A stretch of 64,000 nt of DNA from an uncultured Methanosarcinales archaeon (lineage in GTDB: Archaea > Nanobdellota > Nanobdellia > Woesearchaeales > CAZYIM01): assembly GCA_964647565.1 (NCBI GenBank), contig CAZYIM010000007.1:20732-84731 (forward strand). Reading direction: 5' to 3'. Below, one piece after another: positions 26,803 through 36,225 of the stretch (within the stretch, counting starts at the first letter, position 1; each line of letters starts with the position of its first letter). A program made the translations under genes and the position numbers. The notes below the pieces were generated by a model. The model was not told the origin of the DNA. It saw nothing but the letters and a program-made list of their open reading frames with translations, and searched no databases.

Positions 26803-27702
26803 TTACTCCTCTCCTTCGTCAAAAAAGTCAACCACCTTTGAAAAGAAACCCTTGCCTTTCTGTTTTTTAGGCTCTGACGACTCCTCGCTGGGCTCCTCAA
26901 CTTCCTTTATCTCAAAATCCTCTTCTGTAAAAGATTTCCTGGGCTTTTTCTTTTCAAGCTTTTCAAGCTCATCCTCAAAAGATTCTGTTCTTCGGGAAAG
27001 GAAATCAATCTTCTTGGACTCTTTTTCCTTGAACTTGGAGATGTTATCGATCTGCTCCTGCATCTGCTTAAGGACCTGCTTGATCTTCTTGTAGTCAAGC
27101 TCTGCCTGGTCATAGCTGACAATGGATCCTACTTTCTCATGCATCTGTCGCAGCTCTTCCTTAAGCTCTTTTCTTGAGACCATCTGGTTTGTCTTGTCCC
27201 TTATTTCGAGGACATCTTCCTTAAAGCCGTCAGATCCCATTGACTTGATTGATGAATGAAGTTTCCTGATGACAGCGTTCTGCTGGTCAAGCTTCTTGTA
27301 AAGAGCAGCCACTTCGTGATTGAGGGCATCAATTTCAGCAGTCGGATCCTTCTTATCCTTGATCGCCTTCTTAAGGGTCTTGACAGCGGCTACGAAATCC
27401 TCTTGCTCGACCACCACCTCTTGCTTAGGCACTTCATTGAGTTTTGACTTGAGATAAAAAAGTGACTTCTCTGTAGCCTTGTTCGTTTCCTTTAGTTCAA
27501 GTATGGCATCAGAGAATACTTTCTTGACCTCGTTGACCTCATGCAACATTGCCTCTTCCTTGACAATGGTGTGCTCCTTGAGCTTAAGGAACTTATCCTT
27601 GATCATGTCAATGGTCTCATTCGTATCAGCGACATGTTTCTTTACCTTCGTAAAAGAAGTCTCTAGAACTTGGTTCAGCTCTGTAAAAGATCTTATCATC
27701 AT
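26803..27702 (-). CDS. Coiled-coil protein (299 aa) with C-terminal amphipathic KGFFSKVVDFF motif
   Basis: K/E/L-rich heptad pattern throughout, GGGGTGG RBS, BRE/TATA at ~27773-27789. Confidence 0.82.
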   Translation of the reverse strand: MMIRSFTELNQVLETSFTKVKKHVADTNETIDMIKDKFLKLKEHTIVKEEAMLHEVNEVKKVFSDAILELKETNKATEKSLFYLKSKLNEVPKQEVVVEQEDFVAAVKTLKKAIKDKKDPTAEIDALNHEVAALYKKLDQQNAVIRKLHSSIKSMGSDGFKEDVLEIRDKTNQMVSRKELKEELRQMHEKVGSIVSYDQAELDYKKIKQVLKQMQEQIDNISKFKEKESKKIDFLSRRTESFEDELEKLEKKKPRKSFTEEDFEIKEVEEPSEESSEPKKQKGKGFFSKVVDFFDEGEE

Positions 27703-27818
27703 ATAACAACCACCCCTATAGTATTTTAGTTTAACATCTCTTTATTTAATATCCACTCTAAAATAAGAACAGATATATAAGTTTTTCGGAAAGTATAAAG
27801 AAAACATAAAAAAATAGT

Positions 27819-29711
27819 TCAGTTGTCAGAACCTATTAAAACCTGCACCGGCATAAATACCTGCTGAAAACCAGTCCCTTTCTTGACAGTAAGCCTCAGA
27901 ATATATAAGCCATCCTTATCGATGTTAATCACACCTAATACACCTTTACGGACTTGCGTCCCCGAGCCAATTTGTTTCCAACAATCATTACACGGATAAG
28001 ATGCTTTTCCTATTTCAAGGATATAGCTATCACCTGTTGCACTGCCCCTAACTTCAGTTCCAAAAGAGACCACATCCCACATAAGAGAGTATATCGGATC
28101 TACATGGTACATTCTCGGACTTGAAATCCAAGCTACAGCTCCGCCAACCATCGAATCACTTATGCCAGCCAATGCTTTATGAACATTTACCCTGCCAGTT
28201 CCAAAATAAAAATAATCTCCGGGTCTGTCAAACATAGAGAAGTCTGTGCCAGGTATATCGACGCCTTGCTTGATAATATCTTTTAATTGATTAGGGTTAA
28301 GATTGGAGTTCTTTGACAGGATAAGACCAGCTAACCCTGCAACATACGGCGCAGCCATGCTTGTACCGCTGTAAGTATCATATCCATCAGGAACTGTCGA
28401 GATTATCTTACCGCCAGGTGCAGCAACATCTACCCAGAATCCGAAATTAGAAAAACCTGAAGGTTGGTTATCTTCATCAAAAGATGCAACTGAAAAAACA
28501 TCGCTAAATGCAGCAGGATATGATTCTCTGATAAACCCTGCGTTACCTGCAGCAGCCACCAGAAAGACGCCATTGTCATTTGCATAATCCAAGGTTTCTT
28601 CAAGAATAGATGAACGATATTCACCACCAAAACTCATAGATAGTATATCAACGCTATTATTTGTTGCATAGTAGATACTTCTAATAACTGCGTCTGAGAC
28701 AACTAGTCCGACCTCATAATAACCATCGGAGATGAATCTTTCTATGACACCTCCTGCCCTAAGGGGCATAATCTTACAACCAGGACAGACCCCTGCAATA
28801 CCCCTTGCATTATTTGTTGTTGCTGCAGCAATTCCTGCACAATGAGTTCCATGTCCATAATAATCCAAGGGCTCATTATCCCAGCCCATATAATCCTCCC
28901 CATCAATAAATCTATAAGGATCTGAGTTATATTTAGCAGGATCAAGATCAACAAAATCATAACCTGTACCAGGAGGACACCCCTGGGTACAATCTGAAAG
29001 CATATTATCAAATAAATCCTCGTGAAGATAGTTTATACCTGTATCAATTACACCAATAACAACATGAGATTTTCCACGCTCAATATCCCATCCTTTTTCT
29101 GCATCAGTCGCCCTATGAGCCCATTGCTGATCGTACAGCCCATCATTCGGCTTGAAGAAAGTGTAGTATATATAGTTAGGTTCGACATGCTCCACATTGG
29201 GATCCTGCTTAAGATCTTTTATCGCAGTCTCAACAGACCTCGCATCTTTAAGCTCGAGTTTGTATGTATGACGTAGACTTGGATCTTTAACATTATCAGC
29301 CAATCCCTTGAAATCTACCACTCTATGCTTTTGCACGAGAACATTGACTGATTCCACACTGCTTAAGACATCAAGACCATAATTTACTGCCTGACCCGAC
29401 ACCCCCTGGCTGCCGACCAGTTTCTTCAATCCGGGATCATTCTTAAATTTGACAAGCACCTCTCCTGGCATATAAGCAGGCAGTCTTTTTGCAACAGACA
29501 GCTTGGGCCCCCACACACCAGCACTAATACCATCAAGATTTAAACTCCTTCCATAATTCCTCAAAGCCCCACTTGATTGATCTCTTGCAAAACCCGCAAG
29601 GGATTCAGTTTCCTGTCCATCTAATCTGTTGTTCAAGAACAGGAGCGTTAATCCAGACATGACCACAATTGCAATCAGAGAGTATATAAACGTAGAAGGC
29701 GGAGTTTTCAT
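27819..29711 (-). CDS. S8 subtilisin-family serine protease with N-terminal membrane anchor/signal and prodomain
   Basis: Catalytic motifs VIDTG, HGTHCAG, AAAGN and SGTSMAAP; prodomain PGEVLVKFK...VEHVEPNY. Confidence 0.95.
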   Translation of the reverse strand: MKTPPSTFIYSLIAIVVMSGLTLLFLNNRLDGQETESLAGFARDQSSGALRNYGRSLNLDGISAGVWGPKLSVAKRLPAYMPGEVLVKFKNDPGLKKLVGSQGVSGQAVNYGLDVLSSVESVNVLVQKHRVVDFKGLADNVKDPSLRHTYKLELKDARSVETAIKDLKQDPNVEHVEPNYIYYTFFKPNDGLYDQQWAHRATDAEKGWDIERGKSHVVIGVIDTGINYLHEDLFDNMLSDCTQGCPPGTGYDFVDLDPAKYNSDPYRFIDGEDYMGWDNEPLDYYGHGTHCAGIAAATTNNARGIAGVCPGCKIMPLRAGGVIERFISDGYYEVGLVVSDAVIRSIYYATNNSVDILSMSFGGEYRSSILEETLDYANDNGVFLVAAAGNAGFIRESYPAAFSDVFSVASFDEDNQPSGFSNFGFWVDVAAPGGKIISTVPDGYDTYSGTSMAAPYVAGLAGLILSKNSNLNPNQLKDIIKQGVDIPGTDFSMFDRPGDYFYFGTGRVNVHKALAGISDSMVGGAVAWISSPRMYHVDPIYSLMWDVVSFGTEVRGSATGDSYILEIGKASYPCNDCWKQIGSGTQVRKGVLGVINIDKDGLYILRLTVKKGTGFQQVFMPVQVLIGSDN

Positions 29712-29777
29712 CTTAAAGCTAACTCAGAAAATAGATATTTAAAAACTTTTTTATACGATCCAGATATACACAAATCA

Positions 29778-30140
29778 ATGAACCAAAAACTACTCACATG
29801 GCTGCCGCTGATTGTCTATCTTTTGCTGACATTTGTGGTCTCATCCATGCCGCAATCAATGGCAGAGCCCAGGGCAATGGGTATCCCAACCTATCTGATA
29901 CATGCAGCCGAGTTCTTTGTGTTGGCAGTTCTCGTTCTCAGAGTTCTTTTGTTCTACAAGGTCAAGCAACCCTTCATGATGGCAATATTGTGCACTGTCG
30001 CATATGCATCCTTTGATGAAATGCACCAGCTTTTTGTGCCAGGCAGAAGCGGAGAGCTTTTAGATGTGATTGTCGATACTATCGGCAGCTTCTTTGTACT
30101 GATCTTCAAGAATAAGAAGCTGAGGAAGATTATTGAGTGA
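29778..30140 (+). CDS. VanZ-like family membrane protein
   Basis: H..EF.VL and DEMHQLFVPGRSG...DVIVDTIG motifs. Confidence 0.88.
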   Translation: MNQKLLTWLPLIVYLLLTFVVSSMPQSMAEPRAMGIPTYLIHAAEFFVLAVLVLRVLLFYKVKQPFMMAILCTVAYASFDEMHQLFVPGRSGELLDVIVDTIGSFFVLIFKNKKLRKIIE

Positions 30141-30161
30141 GAATAAAAAAATAGTGATCGC

Positions 30162-30590
30162 CTATTCTTCTTCAAGCAGTTTATGTAATTTCCTTAAACC
30201 AGTTTTATTTCCATCCCACTTAAGCATCTGCATCGCTTTATCAAAAGAACACCATCGATGAGCATCATGTTCCTCATAAATATTTTTATCAAATGTTATT
30301 TTTTCATCTGCATTGATTTCTGCACCAAATACATATTCAGTAAAATGTTTTTTGTCTTCCAATGTGAACTGATGCACATCATTAATTATCCTTTTGATCC
30401 GGGCAATCCCGGTCTCTTCTCGCACTTCCCGAACAATCGCATCATGCAATTCTTCTCCTTCTTCTAATCCGCCAGTCACTGGCTGCCAAAAACCACCTCT
30501 TGATGCAATTCTCTTCAGTAAAAGATATTCATATGAACCGTTGACAAACCTGAAGATCACCACCTCAACTTTTATTGGTTTTCTGCCCAT
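30162..30590 (-). CDS. NUDIX hydrolase (NudB/dATP-pyrophosphohydrolase-like)
   Basis: WQPVTGG + Nudix box GGLEEGEELHDAIVREVREETG, and EH..H.W. Confidence 0.9.
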   Translation of the reverse strand: MGRKPIKVEVVIFRFVNGSYEYLLLKRIASRGGFWQPVTGGLEEGEELHDAIVREVREETGIARIKRIINDVHQFTLEDKKHFTEYVFGAEINADEKITFDKNIYEEHDAHRWCSFDKAMQMLKWDGNKTGLRKLHKLLEEE

Positions 30591-30680
30591 ATATATCTAA
30601 AAATGATTTTAATTAATAAAAGTTATCATAATTAAATTAACCTACAATCATGTTCTTTTGTTTGTCAAGAATTAAAGACT

Positions 30681-31169
30681 TTAAGAAAACTGTATAGTGC
30701 CCTTGGTCAATTTAAAAGGAGGTAGCTTATTTTCCTGTGCCCATAATTGATAGGTCTCAAATTCTGCATAATTGTTCCCGAGTTTTTCTGAGTATGGATA
30801 TTCATGATGGGCTTTGGTGGTAAATGCGTCTCGCATTTTGTGGAACTCAGGCCATTCAAGCTCACAAAGCACATCTTCGAGTTTGACAAAGGGAGACCTC
30901 AACTGAAGATTAGTATCCATCAGCACACTAAAAGGATCTTGGAGGATATGGTATGCCACCGCGCTATAACTCCGCTTATGATCTGCCTTTAGAGGACGCT
31001 CTTCTGATATGAAAACAAAATCCCCTCGGTACCGTTTATCTTTAATGCCATAGATTCCACTCCTTTGTAATATGACACCAGTAACAGGAACTTTTTCGTG
31101 AATAGTAATGACTTTTTTATCAGTACCAGCTTCACCACATTTCTCACAGATATAACCTTTCAACACCAT
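30681..31169 (-). CDS. Hypothetical protein (162 aa), N-terminal CxxC...H possible zinc finger
   Basis: YICEKCG...HE at the N-terminus, TATA upstream. Confidence 0.7.
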   Translation of the reverse strand: MVLKGYICEKCGEAGTDKKVITIHEKVPVTGVILQRSGIYGIKDKRYRGDFVFISEERPLKADHKRSYSAVAYHILQDPFSVLMDTNLQLRSPFVKLEDVLCELEWPEFHKMRDAFTTKAHHEYPYSEKLGNNYAEFETYQLWAQENKLPPFKLTKGTIQFS

Positions 31170-31317
31170 GGAAAATCAGAAGTCCAAGATATTATTTAAA
31201 CCTTTGGAAAGTGGTTAAACAGATCTTTAATGGCGTTTTCATACAACCAAAAAAAACACCCTCTTCATCACCTGCTAAAGAAAGTTATTTAAACATCCAA
31301 TCCAAATTAAACAATAT

Positions 31318-31719
31318 ATGAAAACTAAGCCAATCTTGAAAAAAATCATCCACTATATGATTGCAGTTTTCGTCCTTATAATCCTATTTTTCTTCGTGGC
31401 GGAGAACAGGAGTATGTTTATATTCCTTGCAATACTTGGAGTACTCTTCCTGGCTCTGGGAATCTGGCTGATCATACTGGCCAGGAAAGAAAAAGGCAGG
31501 TTGAAATTGTTCCTGATGGTAACAGGCATCTCCTCTGTTGCTCCCTTTGCAGGCACCATACTGCATAACATGTTCTACGCCTTTGCCATAACATTTGAGA
31601 AGCTTGCATTCTTGTTTGAGGCCCTGCATGCAACATTCTTCATCATATCACTGGTTATGGCGCCATTAGCATTTATAGTGGGAATTATAGGCAGCTTGAT
31701 CTGTTTGAAGAAAGTATAG
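31318..31719 (+). CDS. Hypothetical 4-TM membrane protein (133 aa)
   Basis: Four hydrophobic helices with an ILHN..Y motif; TATTTAAA box upstream. Confidence 0.8.
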   Translation: MKTKPILKKIIHYMIAVFVLIILFFFVAENRSMFIFLAILGVLFLALGIWLIILARKEKGRLKLFLMVTGISSVAPFAGTILHNMFYAFAITFEKLAFLFEALHATFFIISLVMAPLAFIVGIIGSLICLKKV

Positions 31720-31803
31720 AATAAAAAATTCCCCAACACAATTCACCATCCGTCAGAGACTAAAATGAAAATATTTATATAGTTGAGAAGAGTGCTTTTA
31801 TTC

Positions 31804-32061
31804 ATGAACAGCAAACCCGAAAGACCGAAGGGCCTGACAAAACATCAAACTACATTCTATGATAAATATATTTCTAAAGGATATGAAAAAGATTCAGCGT
31901 TATACCTGGCTTCCATGGCAGGAATGCCTATAAAAGGCGGCTTTGTAAGCGATCCAGAGAAATATATTGCTACACATCCTGCAGCCCATTTAGCTTGGAT
32001 GGACTTCCACTCGCCAAGTGTGATGGAGGAGTTTCGAAATAACTATATAATAAATATGTGA
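31804..32061 (+). CDS. Hypothetical protein (~85 aa)
   Basis: The ATG at 31804 lies ~25 nt after TTTATATA and is preferred over the TTG at 31783. Confidence 0.6.
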   Translation: MNSKPERPKGLTKHQTTFYDKYISKGYEKDSALYLASMAGMPIKGGFVSDPEKYIATHPAAHLAWMDFHSPSVMEEFRNNYIINM

Positions 32062-32079
32062 TTTTTTCTAAGAAAAATA

Positions 32080-32775
32080 CTAATCCCTACATCTCATAAT
32101 ATTATAACTCACTATCTTGAACTCCTGCAGACTGTCGCTGTCTTCAGAGATTGTGTTGACAGGTTCTAGGATAAGCTTGTTGATCTTGAAATAGAGTTCG
32201 TTATAATCGTATGTCAGGAACTCATCAGTCAGTTCCTTGCCAAAGCCATCATCAGGAACCTTAAAAATACCAGACATTTCCTCGCCATCTTTCCAGGTCT
32301 GCATAGTAGTTTCACCACCACTAATCACCCTTCTATTGAACCACCAATTACCCTGGCCATGAGTCCTTAATATAACAGTATCAGGGATGAGCTCCCTTAC
32401 TTTTTGAGTGCAATCATTTTCCTCAACAGTCTTATCCGGCCTGCATGAGCACCAGCAGTTATGCTTCCTTCCATATTTAAGGGATTCAGAAACATCGGAT
32501 TTCTCAGAGTCAGAATATATAGCTTCTATGTTGACCATCGAACAATCCTGGCTGTTGCAAAGGTCGTTGCAAGTTTTTATACATTTGTCTTCAGAATCAA
32601 ACCAAGTCTTCTCCGCATCACTCAGACCTTTACCTGTAGGATTGCCAGGAACATCATAGATGCCTTTGCTAAGATCACGGCAGGTATTGCATCCTGTAAT
32701 AAAGATAGTGCACAACAAAACAATCAACAGAACAAGTGTCAGATATCTCATGCTAACCCTAACGAAGATTCTCAT
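32080..32775 (-). CDS. Cys-rich putative lipoprotein (start 32775 or 32751)
   Basis: Hydrophobic signal ending FITGC (lipobox-like), followed by several Cys pairs. Confidence 0.78.
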   Translation of the reverse strand: MRIFVRVSMRYLTLVLLIVLLCTIFITGCNTCRDLSKGIYDVPGNPTGKGLSDAEKTWFDSEDKCIKTCNDLCNSQDCSMVNIEAIYSDSEKSDVSESLKYGRKHNCWCSCRPDKTVEENDCTQKVRELIPDTVILRTHGQGNWWFNRRVISGGETTMQTWKDGEEMSGIFKVPDDGFGKELTDEFLTYDYNELYFKINKLILEPVNTISEDSDSLQEFKIVSYNIMRCRD

Positions 32776-32905
32776 TTAAATAATTTTCTAAAAGAAAAAG
32801 AAGAAAATTTATAAAAAACAGATTAAATGATATCATAATTACAGAGGTGCTGACCAGTTAGCTGCTGGCACCATCTTCGTTTAAAAAACTCAGAGGTGAT
32901 GCATA

Positions 32906-33118
32906 ATGAAGAAAACAAAAGCAAAGAAAGAAAAATGCTGTCATAAGTTCGGCCATAATTGCAGCGGAGGCTGTACATATTTCATGGGCTTTTTAGGAGC
33001 AGTGATCTATTTCATATCAACTGCAACTGGCTTTTGGAGTGGAGTGCTGGGAGTGCTAAAGGCAATCATCTGGCCGCTTATCCTTGTTTTCGAAGTGCTT
33101 AAGTTCATGGGCGCATAG
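32906..33118 (+). CDS. Small 2-TM membrane protein with Cys/His-rich N-terminus (70 aa)
   Basis: Strong GAGGTGA RBS; CCHKFGHNCSGGC followed by YFMGFLGAVIYFI..GFW.GVLG.LKAI.WP. Confidence 0.8.
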   Translation: MKKTKAKKEKCCHKFGHNCSGGCTYFMGFLGAVIYFISTATGFWSGVLGVLKAIIWPLILVFEVLKFMGA

Positions 33119-33128
33119 AAGCAAACGC

Positions 33129-33833
33129 TTATTGCCAAATTATTGCATTATCCTGCCCAGCGGAAGCATAATTGCTGTATCCTGTATCAATAATATCTTT
33201 CAAAGAGTTAACTACTTTTCTAGGTTCTCCAATCAAGACAGGAAACTTCCATCTGGAGTCAGATTCATAACAATGATTTGAGATGATCTGCCTATACTTA
33301 TGTGCAGCAACCATTTCATTGACAGCGCCCTCAGCTCTTAGTTCAAATTCCCTATTGAGTGCTCGCGTAAACACTTTTCCATCTCTGTCTGCACGTCTTA
33401 CCAGAGAATCCAACATCAATTCAGGTAAATAACTCTCCAACAAGTTTTCCTGTCCAACCAGCTCTCCAATCTCATCTGCACCAAGCGGAGATATGAAAGT
33501 TGATGCGAAATCAACAGAGGATTCATACCTATCTTTTAAGAAATCCAGTGTAGTATAATAAGTTTCAAGCAAGACAACATCATGCGTTTCAATTGCAGAA
33601 TCCAGCTCATCCAGATATATTCTTTGTTCAACTCCCCTACAATCATATTGAAAGTAGTTCCCCTTTTTCCCATCAAAACCCAAGTCTTCTTCAGTGCCTT
33701 TATGCCTCTCTGTCTTTGTCTTCCTGACTTTTACCTGATACAAATCAGGGAAGTATAACTTTTTAGTCCATTCAATGATCGGCCCTTTCCCCACCCCGGA
33801 TGGTCCTGAAACGACGACCAATCTATTTTTCAT
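33129..33833 (-). CDS. Guanylate-kinase-like P-loop kinase (234 aa)
   Basis: MKNRLVVVSGPSGVGKG Walker A and FISP motif. The ATG at 33833 overlaps the stop of the upstream gene; the ORF-track start at 33923 lies inside that gene. Confidence 0.78.
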   Translation of the reverse strand: MKNRLVVVSGPSGVGKGPIIEWTKKLYFPDLYQVKVRKTKTERHKGTEEDLGFDGKKGNYFQYDCRGVEQRIYLDELDSAIETHDVVLLETYYTTLDFLKDRYESSVDFASTFISPLGADEIGELVGQENLLESYLPELMLDSLVRRADRDGKVFTRALNREFELRAEGAVNEMVAAHKYRQIISNHCYESDSRWKFPVLIGEPRKVVNSLKDIIDTGYSNYASAGQDNAIIWQ

Positions 33834-34548
33834 TTTTCCTAACCTCATAGATCTCTGCTTTCTGATAGTCTCTCCACACAGAATAATGGGTATCCCCGCC
33901 ATAGACTTCTTCTGCGCAGGCAATGTGCGTGACCTTTTTTTGGCCCTTGACTAGTTGCTCCAGTTTTTCACCAATTAGGATCTTATCGAATCGGCTTCTA
34001 TAGACCAGCAGCCCATTGGTTTTCTCAATAACTTCAGATTCATGTTCACATTGACCAGTATACAAACCCAGCTTTCTTGGTTTTATATCGCCAGACGCAG
34101 ATAATAATTCCAGGTCTGCTGTTGAGAAATCATAGAAGTAGGTTACAAATTCCCAATCTTCAAAGATTGTGTTCTGGCCGTCAGGTATTTCACGTACATT
34201 AGTTATTGAACCCGCTGGCCTATCCATAACTGACTTATAGGCTGGTGATGGAAAGAAAGAGACTTCCTTGTAACGATCAAATATTTTTTCCCATATTGAT
34301 GCAGCACCAGCAGTTGCTTTACCGGACTTTTTCTTGTTTAAGAATATGTCGGGATGAAGGAATTTTCCATCCTCATCTACCAAACACTCAAGGTCAATCC
34401 CACAAAAATGATCGTTCAGATATTGAGAATATCCCTTGATAGTTTCTATTGCCTTAAAATACGCATCCGTCGGGTTAGGAGCTTCCACTGAAAACTCGCT
34501 TCCAGTCCTGTCATCCTCGCAATCATGCCATATAATTTTATATTTCAT
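33823..34548 (-). CDS. Hypothetical protein (241 aa)
   Basis: Long ORF overlapping the downstream kinase start by 11 nt. Confidence 0.78.
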   Translation of the reverse strand: MKYKIIWHDCEDDRTGSEFSVEAPNPTDAYFKAIETIKGYSQYLNDHFCGIDLECLVDEDGKFLHPDIFLNKKKSGKATAGAASIWEKIFDRYKEVSFFPSPAYKSVMDRPAGSITNVREIPDGQNTIFEDWEFVTYFYDFSTADLELLSASGDIKPRKLGLYTGQCEHESEVIEKTNGLLVYRSRFDKILIGEKLEQLVKGQKKVTHIACAEEVYGGDTHYSVWRDYQKAEIYEVRKNEK

Positions 34549-34598
34549 TTTTCCTAGTTTAGATAATGAATATACTATTTTAATTTAATGCATACTTT

Positions 34599-34635
34599 AT
34601 GTATTTTGAATACATTTTTCGAAAAGTTTATATAG
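34599..34635 (+). promoter_or_regulatory. Inverted repeat ATGTATT-ttg-AATACAT next to the BRE/TATA of the PhoU-family gene
   Basis: Perfect 7-bp arms at 34599-34615, then CGAAAAG-TTTATATA at 34620-34634. Confidence 0.55.
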
Positions 34636-34713
34636 TAAATAATCCAACACAAAAACATGTCCTAAGAAATTCAATTAGCATTTAGGGGACATTGTAAATC
34701 TTGGAGATTTCCA

Positions 34714-35622
34714 ATGAGAAGAAAACTGATCCAACACGGAATGTCATCACTGACCATAACCCTGCCAAGAAAATGGATCAAAAACAACAATCTGAAGAAG
34801 AGTGATGAGATTGAGTTGGATGAATCGAATGGAAAACTGATTATTGCCACAAAAAAACACTATGAATCCAAAAAAATCGCAGTAGATATCTCTAATGCAA
34901 AGCCCATGATAAGAAAAATAATAGGGGCCACCTTCAAATCAGGCTATGACGAAGTCAATATCAGATTCAGCTCGTTCAGTGAATTAAAGGCAGTCCAGGA
35001 CCTGATGAGGGAACAATTTTCAGGCTTTGAGATAATCAAACAGACTAAGAACAGCATCTTAATAAAAAATGTATCTCAATCAAATTTTGGAGAGTTCAAT
35101 AATATGCTTAGAAGATTCTTCTATATCATGAATCACACAGCATCTGAAGTCTCTGGCGCAATAGGCAAAAACGATCTTGCATGGCTGAAAAACACAACCC
35201 TGATGAAGATTGAATCAGATAAATGTGCCGATTACTGCAGAAGGGCCATCAATATGGGCTTTGAGACAGAATTTAAGAGAATAGGCCCATTATATACTAT
35301 CATTGAACAGCTTGAAAAGGTTGTGGACAGGTATAGGGACTTGGCAGACCATATTGCCTCAAAAAATATTAAAGCCAGCAATAAAATCAAATCTTTCATA
35401 AAAAAACTAGCTGACTTTCAAGAATTATTCCGCAATCTGTTTTACAAATATGAACAAAATAAGATGGTGGAATTTGGCAAAAAGAAAGTGAGCCTACAAA
35501 AGGAACTAGACAAAATATCTGAAAACTGCTCAAAAAAAGAGATGAAAATCATCACCCTCCTGGACAGGATCCTGAATCTAATTTTCGATCTAAACGGTCC
35601 GTTGATCTCAATCAAAATTTAA
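34714..35622 (+). CDS. AbrB/MazE-domain + PhoU-like phosphate-uptake regulator
   Basis: N-terminal RRKLIQHG.SSLTITLP.KW..NNL..DE, and GYDEV.I and EQLEKVVD helical PhoU-type motifs. Confidence 0.88.
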   Translation: MRRKLIQHGMSSLTITLPRKWIKNNNLKKSDEIELDESNGKLIIATKKHYESKKIAVDISNAKPMIRKIIGATFKSGYDEVNIRFSSFSELKAVQDLMREQFSGFEIIKQTKNSILIKNVSQSNFGEFNNMLRRFFYIMNHTASEVSGAIGKNDLAWLKNTTLMKIESDKCADYCRRAINMGFETEFKRIGPLYTIIEQLEKVVDRYRDLADHIASKNIKASNKIKSFIKKLADFQELFRNLFYKYEQNKMVEFGKKKVSLQKELDKISENCSKKEMKIITLLDRILNLIFDLNGPLISIKI

Positions 35623-35758
35623 ATTATGTTCAAAAAATCATAAAACAATAGAAAGGATTTGAGGCTTTCATTATATAAAAACCGAAAGCTTTATATATTA
35701 AAGGCAACTAATATATAAAAAAGTATATTAATAATAAAAAAATAAAAGAGGTGTAAAT

Positions 35759-36154
35759 ATGAAAATAAATAACATATTAATGATTTTGGCTGTAATAGGT
35801 CTTTTATTTGCAGCAGGATGCGCATCTGGAAAGGCTGGTGATGATACTATCACTATGACTGGAACTAATAATACAAACACAACCAACGGAACAATAATAA
35901 TAACACAACCAACAACACTAAACGAAACAAACACAACCAACAACGAAACAAACGGAACAATAATAATAACACCAACAACAACACTAAACGAAACAAACAC
36001 AACCAACAACGAAACAAACGGAACAATAATAATAACACCAACAACAACACTAAACGACACCAATCAAACCAATAAGAGTGTAATACCACCAAGACCGCCT
36101 AAATACGAGAACGATACAAACACGACGGTTAATGGAACTAATTACACAAGTTAA
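35759..36154 (+). CDS. Asn/Thr-rich repetitive lipoprotein (131 aa)
   Basis: GAGGTG RBS, BRE/TATA at 35682-35697, lipobox FAAGC, 22-aa tandem repeats and a T-run terminator after the stop. Confidence 0.85.
   Translation: MKINNILMILAVIGLLFAAGCASGKAGDDTITMTGTNNTNTTNGTIIITQPTTLNETNTTNNETNGTIIITPTTTLNETNTTNNETNGTIIITPTTTLNDTNQTNKSVIPPRPPKYENDTNTTVNGTNYTS
35885..36057 (+). repeat. Coding tandem repeat, 66-bp unit x ~2.6
   Basis: Units start at 35885, 35951 and 36017 (AACGGAACAATAATAATAACA...). Confidence 0.95.
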
Positions 36155-36180
36155 TTTTTTTCTTTTTTCTTCTTTTTCTC
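36155..36180 (+). terminator. Oligo-T archaeal terminator
   Basis: TTTTTTTCTTTTTTCTTCTTTTTC directly after the stop codon. Confidence 0.55.
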
Positions 36181-36225
36181 TAAAAAAGACTATATATTTT
36201 TATAGGTATTTCCATTCCCTACTGT

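Noticed and set aside
35885..36057. Possible CRISPR array
   Set aside because: Contiguous 66-bp in-frame repeats with no unique spacers, and no cas genes.
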